49,472 nt of DNA, taken from NCBI GenBank assembly GCA_945863965.1, contig CAMBBZ010000002.1, forward strand, positions 1 through 49,472, read 5' to 3'. The translations under genes were made by a program, and so were the position numbers. This DNA comes from Chitinophaga pinensis. Lineage in GTDB: Bacteria; Bacteroidota; Bacteroidia; NS11-12g; UBA955. The notes beneath the pieces were generated by a model. It searched no databases, had not been told where the DNA came from, and saw only the letters and a program-made list of their open reading frames with translations. Below are positions 9,801 through 18,633 of the stretch, piece by piece. The first letter of the stretch is position 1. Each line of letters opens with the position of its first letter.

Positions 9801-11599
9801 TTTTGGGGAAGCCCAATATTCCATTTTACGCCTGAACCAAGGGTACTGCTTATTTCAAGCGCCCCCCCTAGAATTTGAACGCGATTTTTTGCGGATTGCG
9901 TTCCCAGTCCTGAAATGGTTTCGTTAACATTATATCCAATTCCATTATCGCGCAAATCAATTTGCAGGATCCCGTTTTGCTGTTCTATGACCACGTGCAC
10001 TGCAGTTGCCTTTCCATGGGTAGCCGCATTTTTAATAAATTCTTGAAGCAAGCGAAATACATGAAGTTTCACCGCCGTTGAAAGATCTATTCTTTGCGGC
10101 CCACTATCGAACGTAAGATCTAATCCGCTTACTAAAGCCCACGGTCGTATATTTTCCCTTAAAAGTATTTCAATACTATCTTCATCTACCCAAACAGGAT
10201 AAATCCCAAGCGCATAATGCGCCATATCATCAGAAATTCGCCTAAGTATATCGGAGTAGGCTTGGCTTGAAATTACGCGATCTCGAAACATCGACAGGGA
10301 CATTGACAACCGATTTAGCACATCATCGTGAAGTTCACTGGCAATGCGCTGCCGTTCTTTTTCACGTACTTCAAAGCCAATAACCCGGGCCTCTTTTTGC
10401 AACTGTGCGCGGGTGAGATTGAGTTTAATACGCTTTTTTTGTTCTTGAACCGTATAAATACCAATACCAAGCGCTATGACCAGTATCTCAAAAAACAGAA
10501 ACCAAATAGTGCTAAAGATATAGCGATTAAAATCCAATTCTTCCAATACAACGGTTTGGTAGATGTACACGAAAAAATTCACCGTCGAAAAGAGAATAAT
10601 AAAGGTTAAATAAGTAACCTTAGCGGTCTTTCGATAATGTTGGTAGGGCAAATAAATCTGAATAGACAATAAAACCAAAACCAAAATCCGCACCAATAAA
10701 ATTAATTCCTTTTCGAATCCTTCGTGAATATTACGACCCGTTATAAAGTTATAAGCACTAATGGATAGCATTACAACCAACCAAAAATTCCAGAAGAACT
10801 TGACATACCAGAGTCGTTTCTCTTGTCCATAATGCAACAGACTAAAGGCATTCATAGCATACAATCCCAAAAAAGCCAATGAAACGCGTATGGTACTGTA
10901 TACGCCTTCTAAATCGACCGAAAAGTAGTATTTAAAATGTCCTGAACTCATGAAGAAATAACCAAAGTATACAAATATCCAAAGTCCCAAGAAAAAATAT
11001 TGCCGATTTCTGCTGTAAACGGTTAGTATTACAATCAAGATCAGATAGACGAGAATCAAACCATAAATAAATCCAAATTTTTGCTCAATAGTATACCAAT
11101 AAGATGGGTAAATGGCGGGGTCGTGGAGGTTAATTAAAAACTGGGGTCTGTTGCCAGGTCTGGAGTAATAGACCACGAAGGTATAGGGTGTATTGGCTTT
11201 GAATTTAAATAGTGTGTGGCAGTTCCGATTGCGATGTGTCCATTGATTTATTGGCATTTCATCTCCAAACTGCAATATTTTATCGGGTTTTTTTGAATCC
11301 TTTAAAAACACAAAAACCCTAAGGTAATTAATTTGATAATCGGGAATTTCAATTATTTTAGTGGTTTCTAATTTGAAGGCAGGAATTTCATAAACCAACC
11401 AATGGTGATGGCTGTTTTCGTTATATTGATTTAACTCTAGATTTTCCCTTTTTAGGGAATCATACACCTGTAGTGCGACTGTTGCGTGGATTTCCGTTTT
11501 AGTTGGAAACATGGCATTCCTTGTGGGCTGCATAATGGCCTCCAAGGGGATAAAAAGCCAGAAGGTCCAGAACAAAAGCCCCCATTTAACGTTCCACAT
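9797..11599 (-). CDS. 7TM-receptor (7TMR-DISM-like) sensor histidine kinase, HisKA_3 class
   Basis: Signal peptide plus an extracytoplasmic domain of about 150 aa, then about 7 TM helices. H-box ERQRIASELHDDVLNRLS, N-box LLQEFIKNAATHG, G1 LRDNGIGY and G2 GLGTQS. Confidence 0.8.
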   Translation of the reverse strand: MWNVKWGLLFWTFWLFIPLEAIMQPTRNAMFPTKTEIHATVALQVYDSLKRENLELNQYNENSHHHWLVYEIPAFKLETTKIIEIPDYQINYLRVFVFLKDSKKPDKILQFGDEMPINQWTHRNRNCHTLFKFKANTPYTFVVYYSRPGNRPQFLINLHDPAIYPSYWYTIEQKFGFIYGLILVYLILIVILTVYSRNRQYFFLGLWIFVYFGYFFMSSGHFKYYFSVDLEGVYSTIRVSLAFLGLYAMNAFSLLHYGQEKRLWYVKFFWNFWLVVMLSISAYNFITGRNIHEGFEKELILLVRILVLVLLSIQIYLPYQHYRKTAKVTYLTFIILFSTVNFFVYIYQTVVLEELDFNRYIFSTIWFLFFEILVIALGIGIYTVQEQKKRIKLNLTRAQLQKEARVIGFEVREKERQRIASELHDDVLNRLSMSLSMFRDRVISSQAYSDILRRISDDMAHYALGIYPVWVDEDSIEILLRENIRPWALVSGLDLTFDSGPQRIDLSTAVKLHVFRLLQEFIKNAATHGKATAVHVVIEQQNGILQIDLRDNGIGYNVNETISGLGTQSAKNRVQILGGALEISSTLGSGVKWNIGLPQN

Positions 11600-13271
11600 A
11601 AGGTAATTGCGCCTCCTTCTCTACTTTATTTGATTCTTTTAAAAACCGCCACCCTTTTTGAAATTCATTATCAATTTCTTCAAAAACAGCGCCATAATAC
11701 TCCGTATAAATTTCAATTTCAGCGCTCTGTGTTTTGAACGACGCGGCTGCGTCTTGTATTTGATGTGAAATGCGCAATTCCCAGTGAAGATTGGATGTGA
11801 AATCGAGATAAAGATGCAGTTTTTGGGGATTAGGGGTTTTATGAAAAACCCATAAATACTCTTTAAATACGCGGTATACCCATAATTTAAAAACCGGTTC
11901 AAAGTGATTAGCTTCCAATTCGATAATTTCTATTACCGCCCCTGACTCAAAGTTCGCGAACCTATCAAGTTCCCGCTGCAGCACATTTTTTAAGGATAAT
12001 TGTTCCAGGTAAGGTGGGTATAAAGAATAGGAATAATCGCGAATTGATTTGAGCGCGGCATTGGACTCCGTTTCTATACGAGTATAATCTAATGAATCGT
12101 GGTTAGATCGATTCGCGAGGCTTACCACTCTGGTAATTACATCTTGGTGTAGGTCTTGAACCATACGTTTTCGTTCGTTTTCAACCGATAGGATTTGACG
12201 CGCCCCTAATGCTAACTCCAACTGCAAGTTTTCTAAATTCAACGCTATACTGTTATTGAACTCACTCAATATTTGATTGGCTATGAAACCGGCTAGCACA
12301 ATATAATAAACGAGAATGGACGCATCTAATAACATAGATTGATTCGATGAAAAATCCAAAACGAGGGTACTCCAATAAACCATAGAAAGCGGTATGCCCA
12401 AATTAATCAATAGTTTAAATGACCAAGAAAAACCATTGGTAAATCGGAATATGTTGATATACGCATAGACCCAGAAGGCCAACAGCAGCGTCATTTGAAA
12501 GAGGTCAACCCACTCCGATGAAGTGAGTACCATTGAGGCGAACAAGAGCAACAAGCCTACAACCCATGGACCCATTGGATTTACAAAAAATAGTTGATGA
12601 TTGGATTTTAGTTTATGCAGGTAGTTTAACAATACAAGAAGCATACCTATCTGGAGATAGAGAACGAATGTGGCCAAATCTATACCAGACATTTGCTTAT
12701 AAAAAGGCACATGAAACTGTTTAATGGTTAAGGTATATAAAGCAATTCCAGAAAACCCACTAAAGAGGTAGAGTAAATCAATCTTTGCTATTATGGCCAT
12801 TATGGATGAAAAAGCAAAGAGGAAAGTCAAGCCTCCTATAAAAAGGGTTCCAAGGAAAAAATATATGTCGTAAGCGCTAAAATATTGAAAGATATCGTTG
12901 AAAAACCGCGTGTTCAGGACCTGGTACTTGGGTAATCCTTTGATATTATATGCATGCAAAGAATCAGTATGGGTTCTTTGCACACCATCGGGAATATTGA
13001 TTAAAGCACTTGAATTATTGAGGTACTCAAAGGTTTCGGATTTATACAATCGCTCACCCGACGCACTGCGCAATACAAAGGAATCGGCGTGCTGCAGCTT
13101 CCCCAAAACAATAACATGCGCATGTTTGGGCACAAAAATCGCTTGATTGTGTACGATTAAATCTGGAGAACCCGTTAGTAATTCGATGAAGAAAATAATG
13201 ATGATTACCCCTACATACATCCATGAACGCATATTCCAAAGGTATCTATTTGATATTATAATCGATGGCAA
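11586..13271 (-). CDS. 7TM sensor protein with a HisKA_3-like H-box but a degenerate ATP-binding domain (pseudo-kinase candidate)
   Basis: Overall layout matches the downstream kinase. The H-box is kept (ERKRMVQDLHQDVITRVVS). I found no N-box Asn, no DxGxG and no GxG box in the last ~130 aa. The true start may be an internal Met (about 13232), since 13271 overlaps the regulator gene by 26 nt. Confidence 0.65.
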   Translation of the reverse strand: MPSIIISNRYLWNMRSWMYVGVIIIIFFIELLTGSPDLIVHNQAIFVPKHAHVIVLGKLQHADSFVLRSASGERLYKSETFEYLNNSSALINIPDGVQRTHTDSLHAYNIKGLPKYQVLNTRFFNDIFQYFSAYDIYFFLGTLFIGGLTFLFAFSSIMAIIAKIDLLYLFSGFSGIALYTLTIKQFHVPFYKQMSGIDLATFVLYLQIGMLLVLLNYLHKLKSNHQLFFVNPMGPWVVGLLLLFASMVLTSSEWVDLFQMTLLLAFWVYAYINIFRFTNGFSWSFKLLINLGIPLSMVYWSTLVLDFSSNQSMLLDASILVYYIVLAGFIANQILSEFNNSIALNLENLQLELALGARQILSVENERKRMVQDLHQDVITRVVSLANRSNHDSLDYTRIETESNAALKSIRDYSYSLYPPYLEQLSLKNVLQRELDRFANFESGAVIEIIELEANHFEPVFKLWVYRVFKEYLWVFHKTPNPQKLHLYLDFTSNLHWELRISHQIQDAAASFKTQSAEIEIYTEYYGAVFEEIDNEFQKGWRFLKESNKVEKEAQLPYVER

Positions 13272-13890
13272 TTCGCATTAATTCGTTGGTGCTATTAATA
13301 TCAAATTTGCGGAAAATATTTTTTTTGTGGGTTTCAAAAGTATAGACGCTAATATGCAATGTATTGGCACTATCTTTAGCTCCCGCGCCTGTTAAAATCA
13401 TACCCATAACTTCTAATTCTCTTTTGGTAAGATTGGCTTTAGCTTCAAGAACCATTTCCATATTCCGTTTTAACTTTTCGTCGGATGGAAATGGCGGATG
13501 GCAAACAAAATTTGAATTATTATCTAATAAGACACTGACTAAAACACTTAAGGGTACCTCTTTTGAAAGACAGGCTTGAAAGCCAGATTTTTCTGCCTGG
13601 AAAACAAGGTATTTATCGACGTAAGAGGAAAATAAAATCCATCGATATTTTTTAAACTCAGGCACATTCAATAAAACATCTAACCCGTTTACATTATTGC
13701 CCAAATGCGCATCTAAAATAATGACATCGGGAGGAGAATCTGTATGCAAAAGGAACTCCATTAAACTTTTTGGCGTATCAAATAGCCCAACCAAAAATAT
13801 ATTTTCCAACTGGTCTAATATCAAGCGTAAACCTTCTAAGACGACCTGATGATCGTCACAAACAGCTACTTTTATGGACTTAGTTTTCAT
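13246..13890 (-). CDS. NarL/FixJ (LuxR)-family response regulator
   Basis: Receiver domain (IKVAVCDDHQVV...VIILDAHLG) plus a C-terminal LuxR HTH (LTKRELEVMGMILTGAGAKDSANTLHISVYTFETHKKNIFRKF). The start was chosen at MKTKS (13890); the ORF-track start at 13944 adds a non-receiver extension. Confidence 0.85.
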   Translation of the reverse strand: MKTKSIKVAVCDDHQVVLEGLRLILDQLENIFLVGLFDTPKSLMEFLLHTDSPPDVIILDAHLGNNVNGLDVLLNVPEFKKYRWILFSSYVDKYLVFQAEKSGFQACLSKEVPLSVLVSVLLDNNSNFVCHPPFPSDEKLKRNMEMVLEAKANLTKRELEVMGMILTGAGAKDSANTLHISVYTFETHKKNIFRKFDINSTNELMRIAIDYNIK

Positions 13891-13957
13891 ATGAATCTGA
13901 TTGTTCATCGAAGGTATATCAAATAAGGACCAAACACATACCAAGAATTAGGTATTC

Positions 13958-13987
13958 ATTCGGCATTTATACTCATAAATACCGAAT
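13958..13987. promoter_or_regulatory. 13-bp imperfect palindrome in the divergent intergenic region
   Basis: attcggcatttat (13958-13970), 4-nt spacer, ataaataccgaat (13975-13987), with one mismatch. It lies between the regulator gene and the 617-aa acidic protein gene. Confidence 0.3.
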
Positions 13988-14014
13988 TATAGGTATACAA
14001 TATATGCGGTACAT

Positions 14015-14039
14015 CTGACATATTTGTAGGATATGTCAG
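14015..14039 (+). promoter_or_regulatory. Perfect 9-bp inverted repeat that includes the start codon of the 617-aa gene
   Basis: ctgacatat (14015-14023), 7-nt loop, atatgtcag (14031-14039). The ATG at 14033 sits inside the right arm. Confidence 0.3.
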
Positions 14040-15886
14040 GTGCTCCAACAAATTTCGAAGAATTCCAAGAATGGGTTTCAGACCAACAAAGTGAAATAAA
14101 AAATTTAGTTAGTTCTTTCCGAAATGAAATCGACGAGGTTATACAAGAGATGAAGCGTGAAATCGACGATAAATTCGATAAGGTATCCGAAGAAATTTTG
14201 GTTGGCAAAACGGAAATAACCACTACTATTTCCAACTATCTAGATGAGATTAAAAGTGATAGAGAAGATTTCAAAGAGCGTATAAGCGAATATTTAAAGG
14301 AGGGGGAAACCAAACTTGAAAATATTGAATCATTATTCACGAAGAGTGAAGAAATACATGAAAATATTACCGAACAGCAAAAAGAAGTAACCCAGAAGCT
14401 TGAGGAAATCATAGACAATCAAAAAAACAGCGAAGAATTATTTAAAGAAATAGAGGCCCTTAAAGAAAACGCTGTAAATGAGAAGGAATTGATTGAAGGA
14501 ATTCATGAAAAAAGTAAAGAAATAGAACAAGAAATTCGTGAGTTATTTCAAGAGACCAAAACCCATGAGCAAGCTGCCGAGGATAGTTTACAAAAAACCA
14601 AAGAAATAGAATCGAAGAGTACCGACTTATTAGGAGAAATTACAGAAAAAGATAAATCCGCGGGTGAATTCCTTGATTCAATTGAGAAAAAAGAAAATGA
14701 ATCCCAAACCCGATTGGAGTCTATTGTCAATATTCAAGAAAAGTCAGAAGAACTGCTCGAATCTACCAGAGAGCATGAAAAAATCACGTCTAATTTATTG
14801 ACCTCTGTTGAGAAAATGGAAGATGAATGCGAAACGCGCTTAGGCGTTTTGAGGAAAATCGAAGAAGACGCCCACGACTCTTATGAGCATACCTTAAAAC
14901 ACGAAACCGACGCCCACGATCAGCTTACGGTTATCATTAACCACGAAACTGTAGCCAATACTAATTTGAATCTCACGATTCAACACGAGCACGACTGTAT
15001 ACCGCCGCGCGACTTGATTATCAAATACGAACAAGAATTACTTACGTTACTTCAACAATCGCAAGCTCACGAAAAAGAAGCTTCTGAATCAAATGAAGCC
15101 GCAAATAAGTATGAAGCCGATGCGCAGCAATCTGCACAATTATCGAACCAATATGAAGCGGAGGCACAGCAATCTGCGCAAGCCGCTAACCAATATGAAT
15201 CTGCAGCGCAGCAATCTGCGCAAGCCGCTAACCAATACGAAGGGGATGCGCTACAATCTGCCGAACAAGCAAAATCTAATGCCGACATCGTAGCTGAAAT
15301 TAAATCGTTCGCAGAATCTACTAAAACCCAAATCGACGATTATCTCGAACAAATAATTGCCCAAAGTAACAGCGCAAATCAATATATAGGCGACCTATCC
15401 GAAATCCTCAAGGAAGCCAATACCTATATATCAGAATTAGACACTATTATCGGCGCTGCAAATGACTCATTAAAAGAGGCCACAGACATTCTAACAGAAT
15501 TGCATACAATAATAGATAAAATCAATACTATAACAACCAGTATTAGTGATTGTCAAACACAATGTGAATCTAGCCAGATAAAATGTGAAACCATCGAAAA
15601 TGAGCTTACGGCAATTAAAACTGAACTGACCGAGCTAAAATCGACAACGGAAACAGAAACGGACAAATTTATATCCGATTTAGAACAAAAAATAGATGAT
15701 TTCCTAGGTCAATTAAATACACAGGAGAAAATGGTAGCCGAATTGGTAGACGGCATAACCAATAATTCTAAAGATGCGGAAGATGCAAAAAACAAGGCAG
15801 AAGATCATGAAGATGATGCCAAAAAAGCAGCAGATGATGCCGATAGATACGCCGATTTGGCTAAAGCCGCTTATGATCGATTGTAA
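14033..15886 (+). CDS. Hyper-acidic, predicted all-helical coiled-coil protein of 617 aa with no recognisable family
   Basis: Long ORF with coherent Glu/Lys/Ile/Thr-rich composition and no signal peptide. It has internal 14-aa tandem repeats and an Ala/Asp-rich C-terminal tail. Confidence 0.75.
   Translation: MSGAPTNFEEFQEWVSDQQSEIKNLVSSFRNEIDEVIQEMKREIDDKFDKVSEEILVGKTEITTTISNYLDEIKSDREDFKERISEYLKEGETKLENIESLFTKSEEIHENITEQQKEVTQKLEEIIDNQKNSEELFKEIEALKENAVNEKELIEGIHEKSKEIEQEIRELFQETKTHEQAAEDSLQKTKEIESKSTDLLGEITEKDKSAGEFLDSIEKKENESQTRLESIVNIQEKSEELLESTREHEKITSNLLTSVEKMEDECETRLGVLRKIEEDAHDSYEHTLKHETDAHDQLTVIINHETVANTNLNLTIQHEHDCIPPRDLIIKYEQELLTLLQQSQAHEKEASESNEAANKYEADAQQSAQLSNQYEAEAQQSAQAANQYESAAQQSAQAANQYEGDALQSAEQAKSNADIVAEIKSFAESTKTQIDDYLEQIIAQSNSANQYIGDLSEILKEANTYISELDTIIGAANDSLKEATDILTELHTIIDKINTITTSISDCQTQCESSQIKCETIENELTAIKTELTELKSTTETETDKFISDLEQKIDDFLGQLNTQEKMVAELVDGITNNSKDAEDAKNKAEDHEDDAKKAADDADRYADLAKAAYDRL
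15101..15268 (+). repeat. Four tandem 42-bp (14-aa) coding repeats
   Basis: The units are ANKYEADAQQSAQL, SNQYEAEAQQSAQA, ANQYESAAQQSAQA and ANQYEGDALQSAEQ. Units 2 and 3 are nearly identical at the DNA level. Confidence 0.9.
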
Positions 15887-15905
15887 TTAAATCGCAGGTT
15901 ATAGA

Positions 15906-17405
15906 TTAGATGCCACTAATTTTAAAACCTGCGATAAAAAATATTCCTTTTGCCGCTTCTGCACCAAAAGTAGCTTCCAATCCTATCATAATACTTTGAT
16001 CGACGTACATGAACCTGCCACCGAAGCTCATACCATAATCCCAAATTGCATATTCAGTAGCCTCCCCAAATGTAGCCGGTTCGATATACTTCTCATTCGT
16101 TTGCTGGGCTCCAAAACCTATGGTTAGTCCCCCTTGAAAAGACCCATCAATAGGAAACGACATACAATTATGAACTTGAATCTTTTTTAAATCATTGTCT
16201 GATGAAAAATAACGCATTCCGAACATATTACCCAAATGACGGGAATCTAGAACTCCCATTTCAATACCTAAGGGCAAACTACCTGCAATAAAAATGCCTT
16301 CTCTTTTATTCTCTATCTTCCACAACAATTCTCGAGATTTCCTCTCGCTTTCCGCAATGGCTGCTTCTTCTTGTTCCTTTTTTACCCTTGCCTGCCGCTC
16401 AAGTTCAATTCGTTGTGCCTCTTCAACACGACGTTTTTCTTCTGCCGCTTTAATGCGTTCCCAGTTCGCATTCGTTTCGGATACCTTTTTTGAAAATGCC
16501 TCTTTATTGGGTGGAAAGTACCCTAGTTGAGTCTCAATGGAATTAAGGTAATCGGTTATACGGGTAATAAAAAAGGTCGAATATGAATACTCCCTCCAAA
16601 GATTTTCCATTTGTGTAAGATGTTGTCTTACACTTTTAAAATCCGCGCGGGCATGGCTGATAAGAATATAATTGTCATTTGACCTATAAAATTCGGCCGC
16701 ACTAGCTTTTATTTTAACTTGGCTATATGTTTGTTGCAAGCTAACCAAGGAATTTACCAATATTTCTCCTTGCTTTTGCGTTTTTGCATCGATAAAATTA
16801 TTCGCTTTTAAACGATTTAGCGCTTGAATAAAAATATCAGAATCTACTCTTGAATAGTCTAGTGAGCCCACACATGTAGATAGTGTTGAAACGATCTCAT
16901 TTGCCGCGTCTTTTTCTCGAATTCGTTTTTCTTCCTTTATCTGGCCATTGGTTTTGGTTATTACGGATATTTCATTATTTGATAATAAAGTTATATCCAT
17001 AGTAGCAATATCAGGGTCTATCGAAAGAAATTGATTATATCGATATGATTTACCATTAGGTAGTTTTAACTCTAACGTTGCATCACCTGAATAAATAGAA
17101 TGACTCTGATAACTACCCGCTTCAGAAGCAGATACAATAAAATCACTCGTAAGCCTTTTATCATCTACCTCAACAATGAGAATGACTTTTGCTGAAATAT
17201 TTACGTTAATGCTTACTTCATGCTGTTTATAGGTTTTTACTGGTGCCGCTGCCGGCTTGTATGATTTTATTGGAGCTTTCTTAACTTTAGGTTGCGACCC
17301 AGGCAGGTTAATTGCTTGGGCTTTAAGGTAAATAGGGGTAAAAAAAAGAAAAACAGAACACACGACAATGAAACGGCAGAAAAATAAAACTTTTTTTGTT
17401 ACCAT
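15906..17405 (-). CDS. Secreted protein of 499 aa with a charged ER/K-type helix and a Gly/aromatic beta-rich C-terminal domain
   Basis: Signal peptide (…FTPIYLKAQA). Central segment EEKRRVEEAQRIELERQARVKKEQEEAAIAESERK. The last ~130 aa alternate Gly, aromatic and hydrophobic residues (possible membrane anchor or beta-barrel). Confidence 0.65.
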   Translation of the reverse strand: MVTKKVLFFCRFIVVCSVFLFFTPIYLKAQAINLPGSQPKVKKAPIKSYKPAAAPVKTYKQHEVSINVNISAKVILIVEVDDKRLTSDFIVSASEAGSYQSHSIYSGDATLELKLPNGKSYRYNQFLSIDPDIATMDITLLSNNEISVITKTNGQIKEEKRIREKDAANEIVSTLSTCVGSLDYSRVDSDIFIQALNRLKANNFIDAKTQKQGEILVNSLVSLQQTYSQVKIKASAAEFYRSNDNYILISHARADFKSVRQHLTQMENLWREYSYSTFFITRITDYLNSIETQLGYFPPNKEAFSKKVSETNANWERIKAAEEKRRVEEAQRIELERQARVKKEQEEAAIAESERKSRELLWKIENKREGIFIAGSLPLGIEMGVLDSRHLGNMFGMRYFSSDNDLKKIQVHNCMSFPIDGSFQGGLTIGFGAQQTNEKYIEPATFGEATEYAIWDYGMSFGGRFMYVDQSIMIGLEATFGAEAAKGIFFIAGFKISGI

Positions 17406-17615
17406 GATAATTTTTTTTTAATAGCTATGATTTTAAATAATGAATATATAATTACCGAATTACAAAAGCCCCCAATCCCAATATATAAGAACAATTCGAA
17501 ATACCAATTAATTGGTTATGGCTTTCCGTTTTACAGTTAAGATTATAAACTTCCCACATTTAAAATAATTCTTAGTTCATTATTTAAAACACACTATTAG
17601 ATTTCAAACACTCGA

Positions 17616-18527
17616 TCAAAATAAATCGCTGAATGCATCGGGATCAGCCATGAGAACAAGTAGAATGGAAAACAAAAAGATTCCGAATAAAAAACCCCAA
17701 AAACCAAAGACAGAATCCATGAAAAGGGTTCCTTCAATTAAAAGAACTAAGCCAACCAATCCCATTATTCCCAAATAAATAGAGGATAGCACGATATTGA
17801 TCATATATATCCCATTGTCATCTTCCCCAAAAATTAACGTGGTAATTAACAATGCGGCTGCTAATAGAAGTGAAACGTCGGTAAAAAGTGTAAGAGAAGG
17901 TACTCCGAAATTAGTTAATCCAAGGATTAATATAGCTCCCACAAAAAATAACAACAATCCAAATTGAACAATTGATAATCGTATATCCCCATCATAATAA
18001 CCCGTACTTTTTTCTAATAGCAGCGTTCGAAAACGGCTAAGTGCATTTGATCTTTTTACATTTAGATCTTTATATTTTGTATTTAGTTTTGCAAGAGGTC
18101 CAATTGATTTTTTATTTGAATGCGACTTTTTAGTTATATCCTTTATCAGAGTATGTTTCAGGCCCAATAACGTGTTATTATCTAATGACTTTACACTTAA
18201 ATTAGGGACCGATTGAATTAGCCATTCATTGATAGAATTTCTACTATCGAGAACGGTATCCGGTATTAAATTGAATTCTCGTAGGGACCGATTCTCATTA
18301 TTGAGTTTGTTTGACGCACTGATTTTAGCATAATTAAAACCCTTCGAAGGTTTTGATTTACTACAATCCGATGTTGATGAATGTTTTTGATATGTGTGAG
18401 TTACATCCCAATTACCCCGATTCCCTAAAATTCGATGCTTTTGTGGTAAACCACAAGAAAAAATCCCCAAGGTGATCATTATAAGCAAAACCCCGATTCG
18501 ATTGAACTTGTTTTTTCTCATAAACAC
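17616..18527 (-). CDS. Membrane protein of 303 aa: lipoprotein-like signal, polar Ser/Asn/Lys-rich region, four C-terminal TM helices
   Basis: N-terminus RIGVLLIMITLGIFSCG. C-terminal hydrophobic segments IVQFGLLLFFVGAILILGL, VSLLLAAALLITTLIF, IVLSSIYLGIMGLVGLVLLI and GFWGFLFGIFLFSILLVLM. Confidence 0.65.
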   Translation of the reverse strand: MFMRKNKFNRIGVLLIMITLGIFSCGLPQKHRILGNRGNWDVTHTYQKHSSTSDCSKSKPSKGFNYAKISASNKLNNENRSLREFNLIPDTVLDSRNSINEWLIQSVPNLSVKSLDNNTLLGLKHTLIKDITKKSHSNKKSIGPLAKLNTKYKDLNVKRSNALSRFRTLLLEKSTGYYDGDIRLSIVQFGLLLFFVGAILILGLTNFGVPSLTLFTDVSLLLAAALLITTLIFGEDDNGIYMINIVLSSIYLGIMGLVGLVLLIEGTLFMDSVFGFWGFLFGIFLFSILLVLMADPDAFSDLF

Positions 18528-18633
18528 TTATAGGAACAAATTTACAATTCAGATGACCAATCGACGTTGCCCCTACGAAATATACCAATATATTGGTAGT
18601 CGCTAGCCTTGAATAAAGCGCGAATTTTGTATC

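Noticed and set aside
15101-15268. Tandem repeats here and at 23156-23680 considered as a possible CRISPR array or non-coding satellite
   Set aside because: The units are contiguous with no unique spacers. Their lengths are multiples of three, and they sit in frame within long ORFs, giving 14-aa and 7-aa protein repeats. I saw no CRISPR-like repeat-spacer structure anywhere in the window.
15067-15293. ORFs on both strands (15067..15288 minus, 15093..15293 plus) across the 42-bp repeats
   Set aside because: They are open only because the tandem repeat lacks stop codons in several frames. Both lie wholly inside the much longer, compositionally coherent 617-aa frame.
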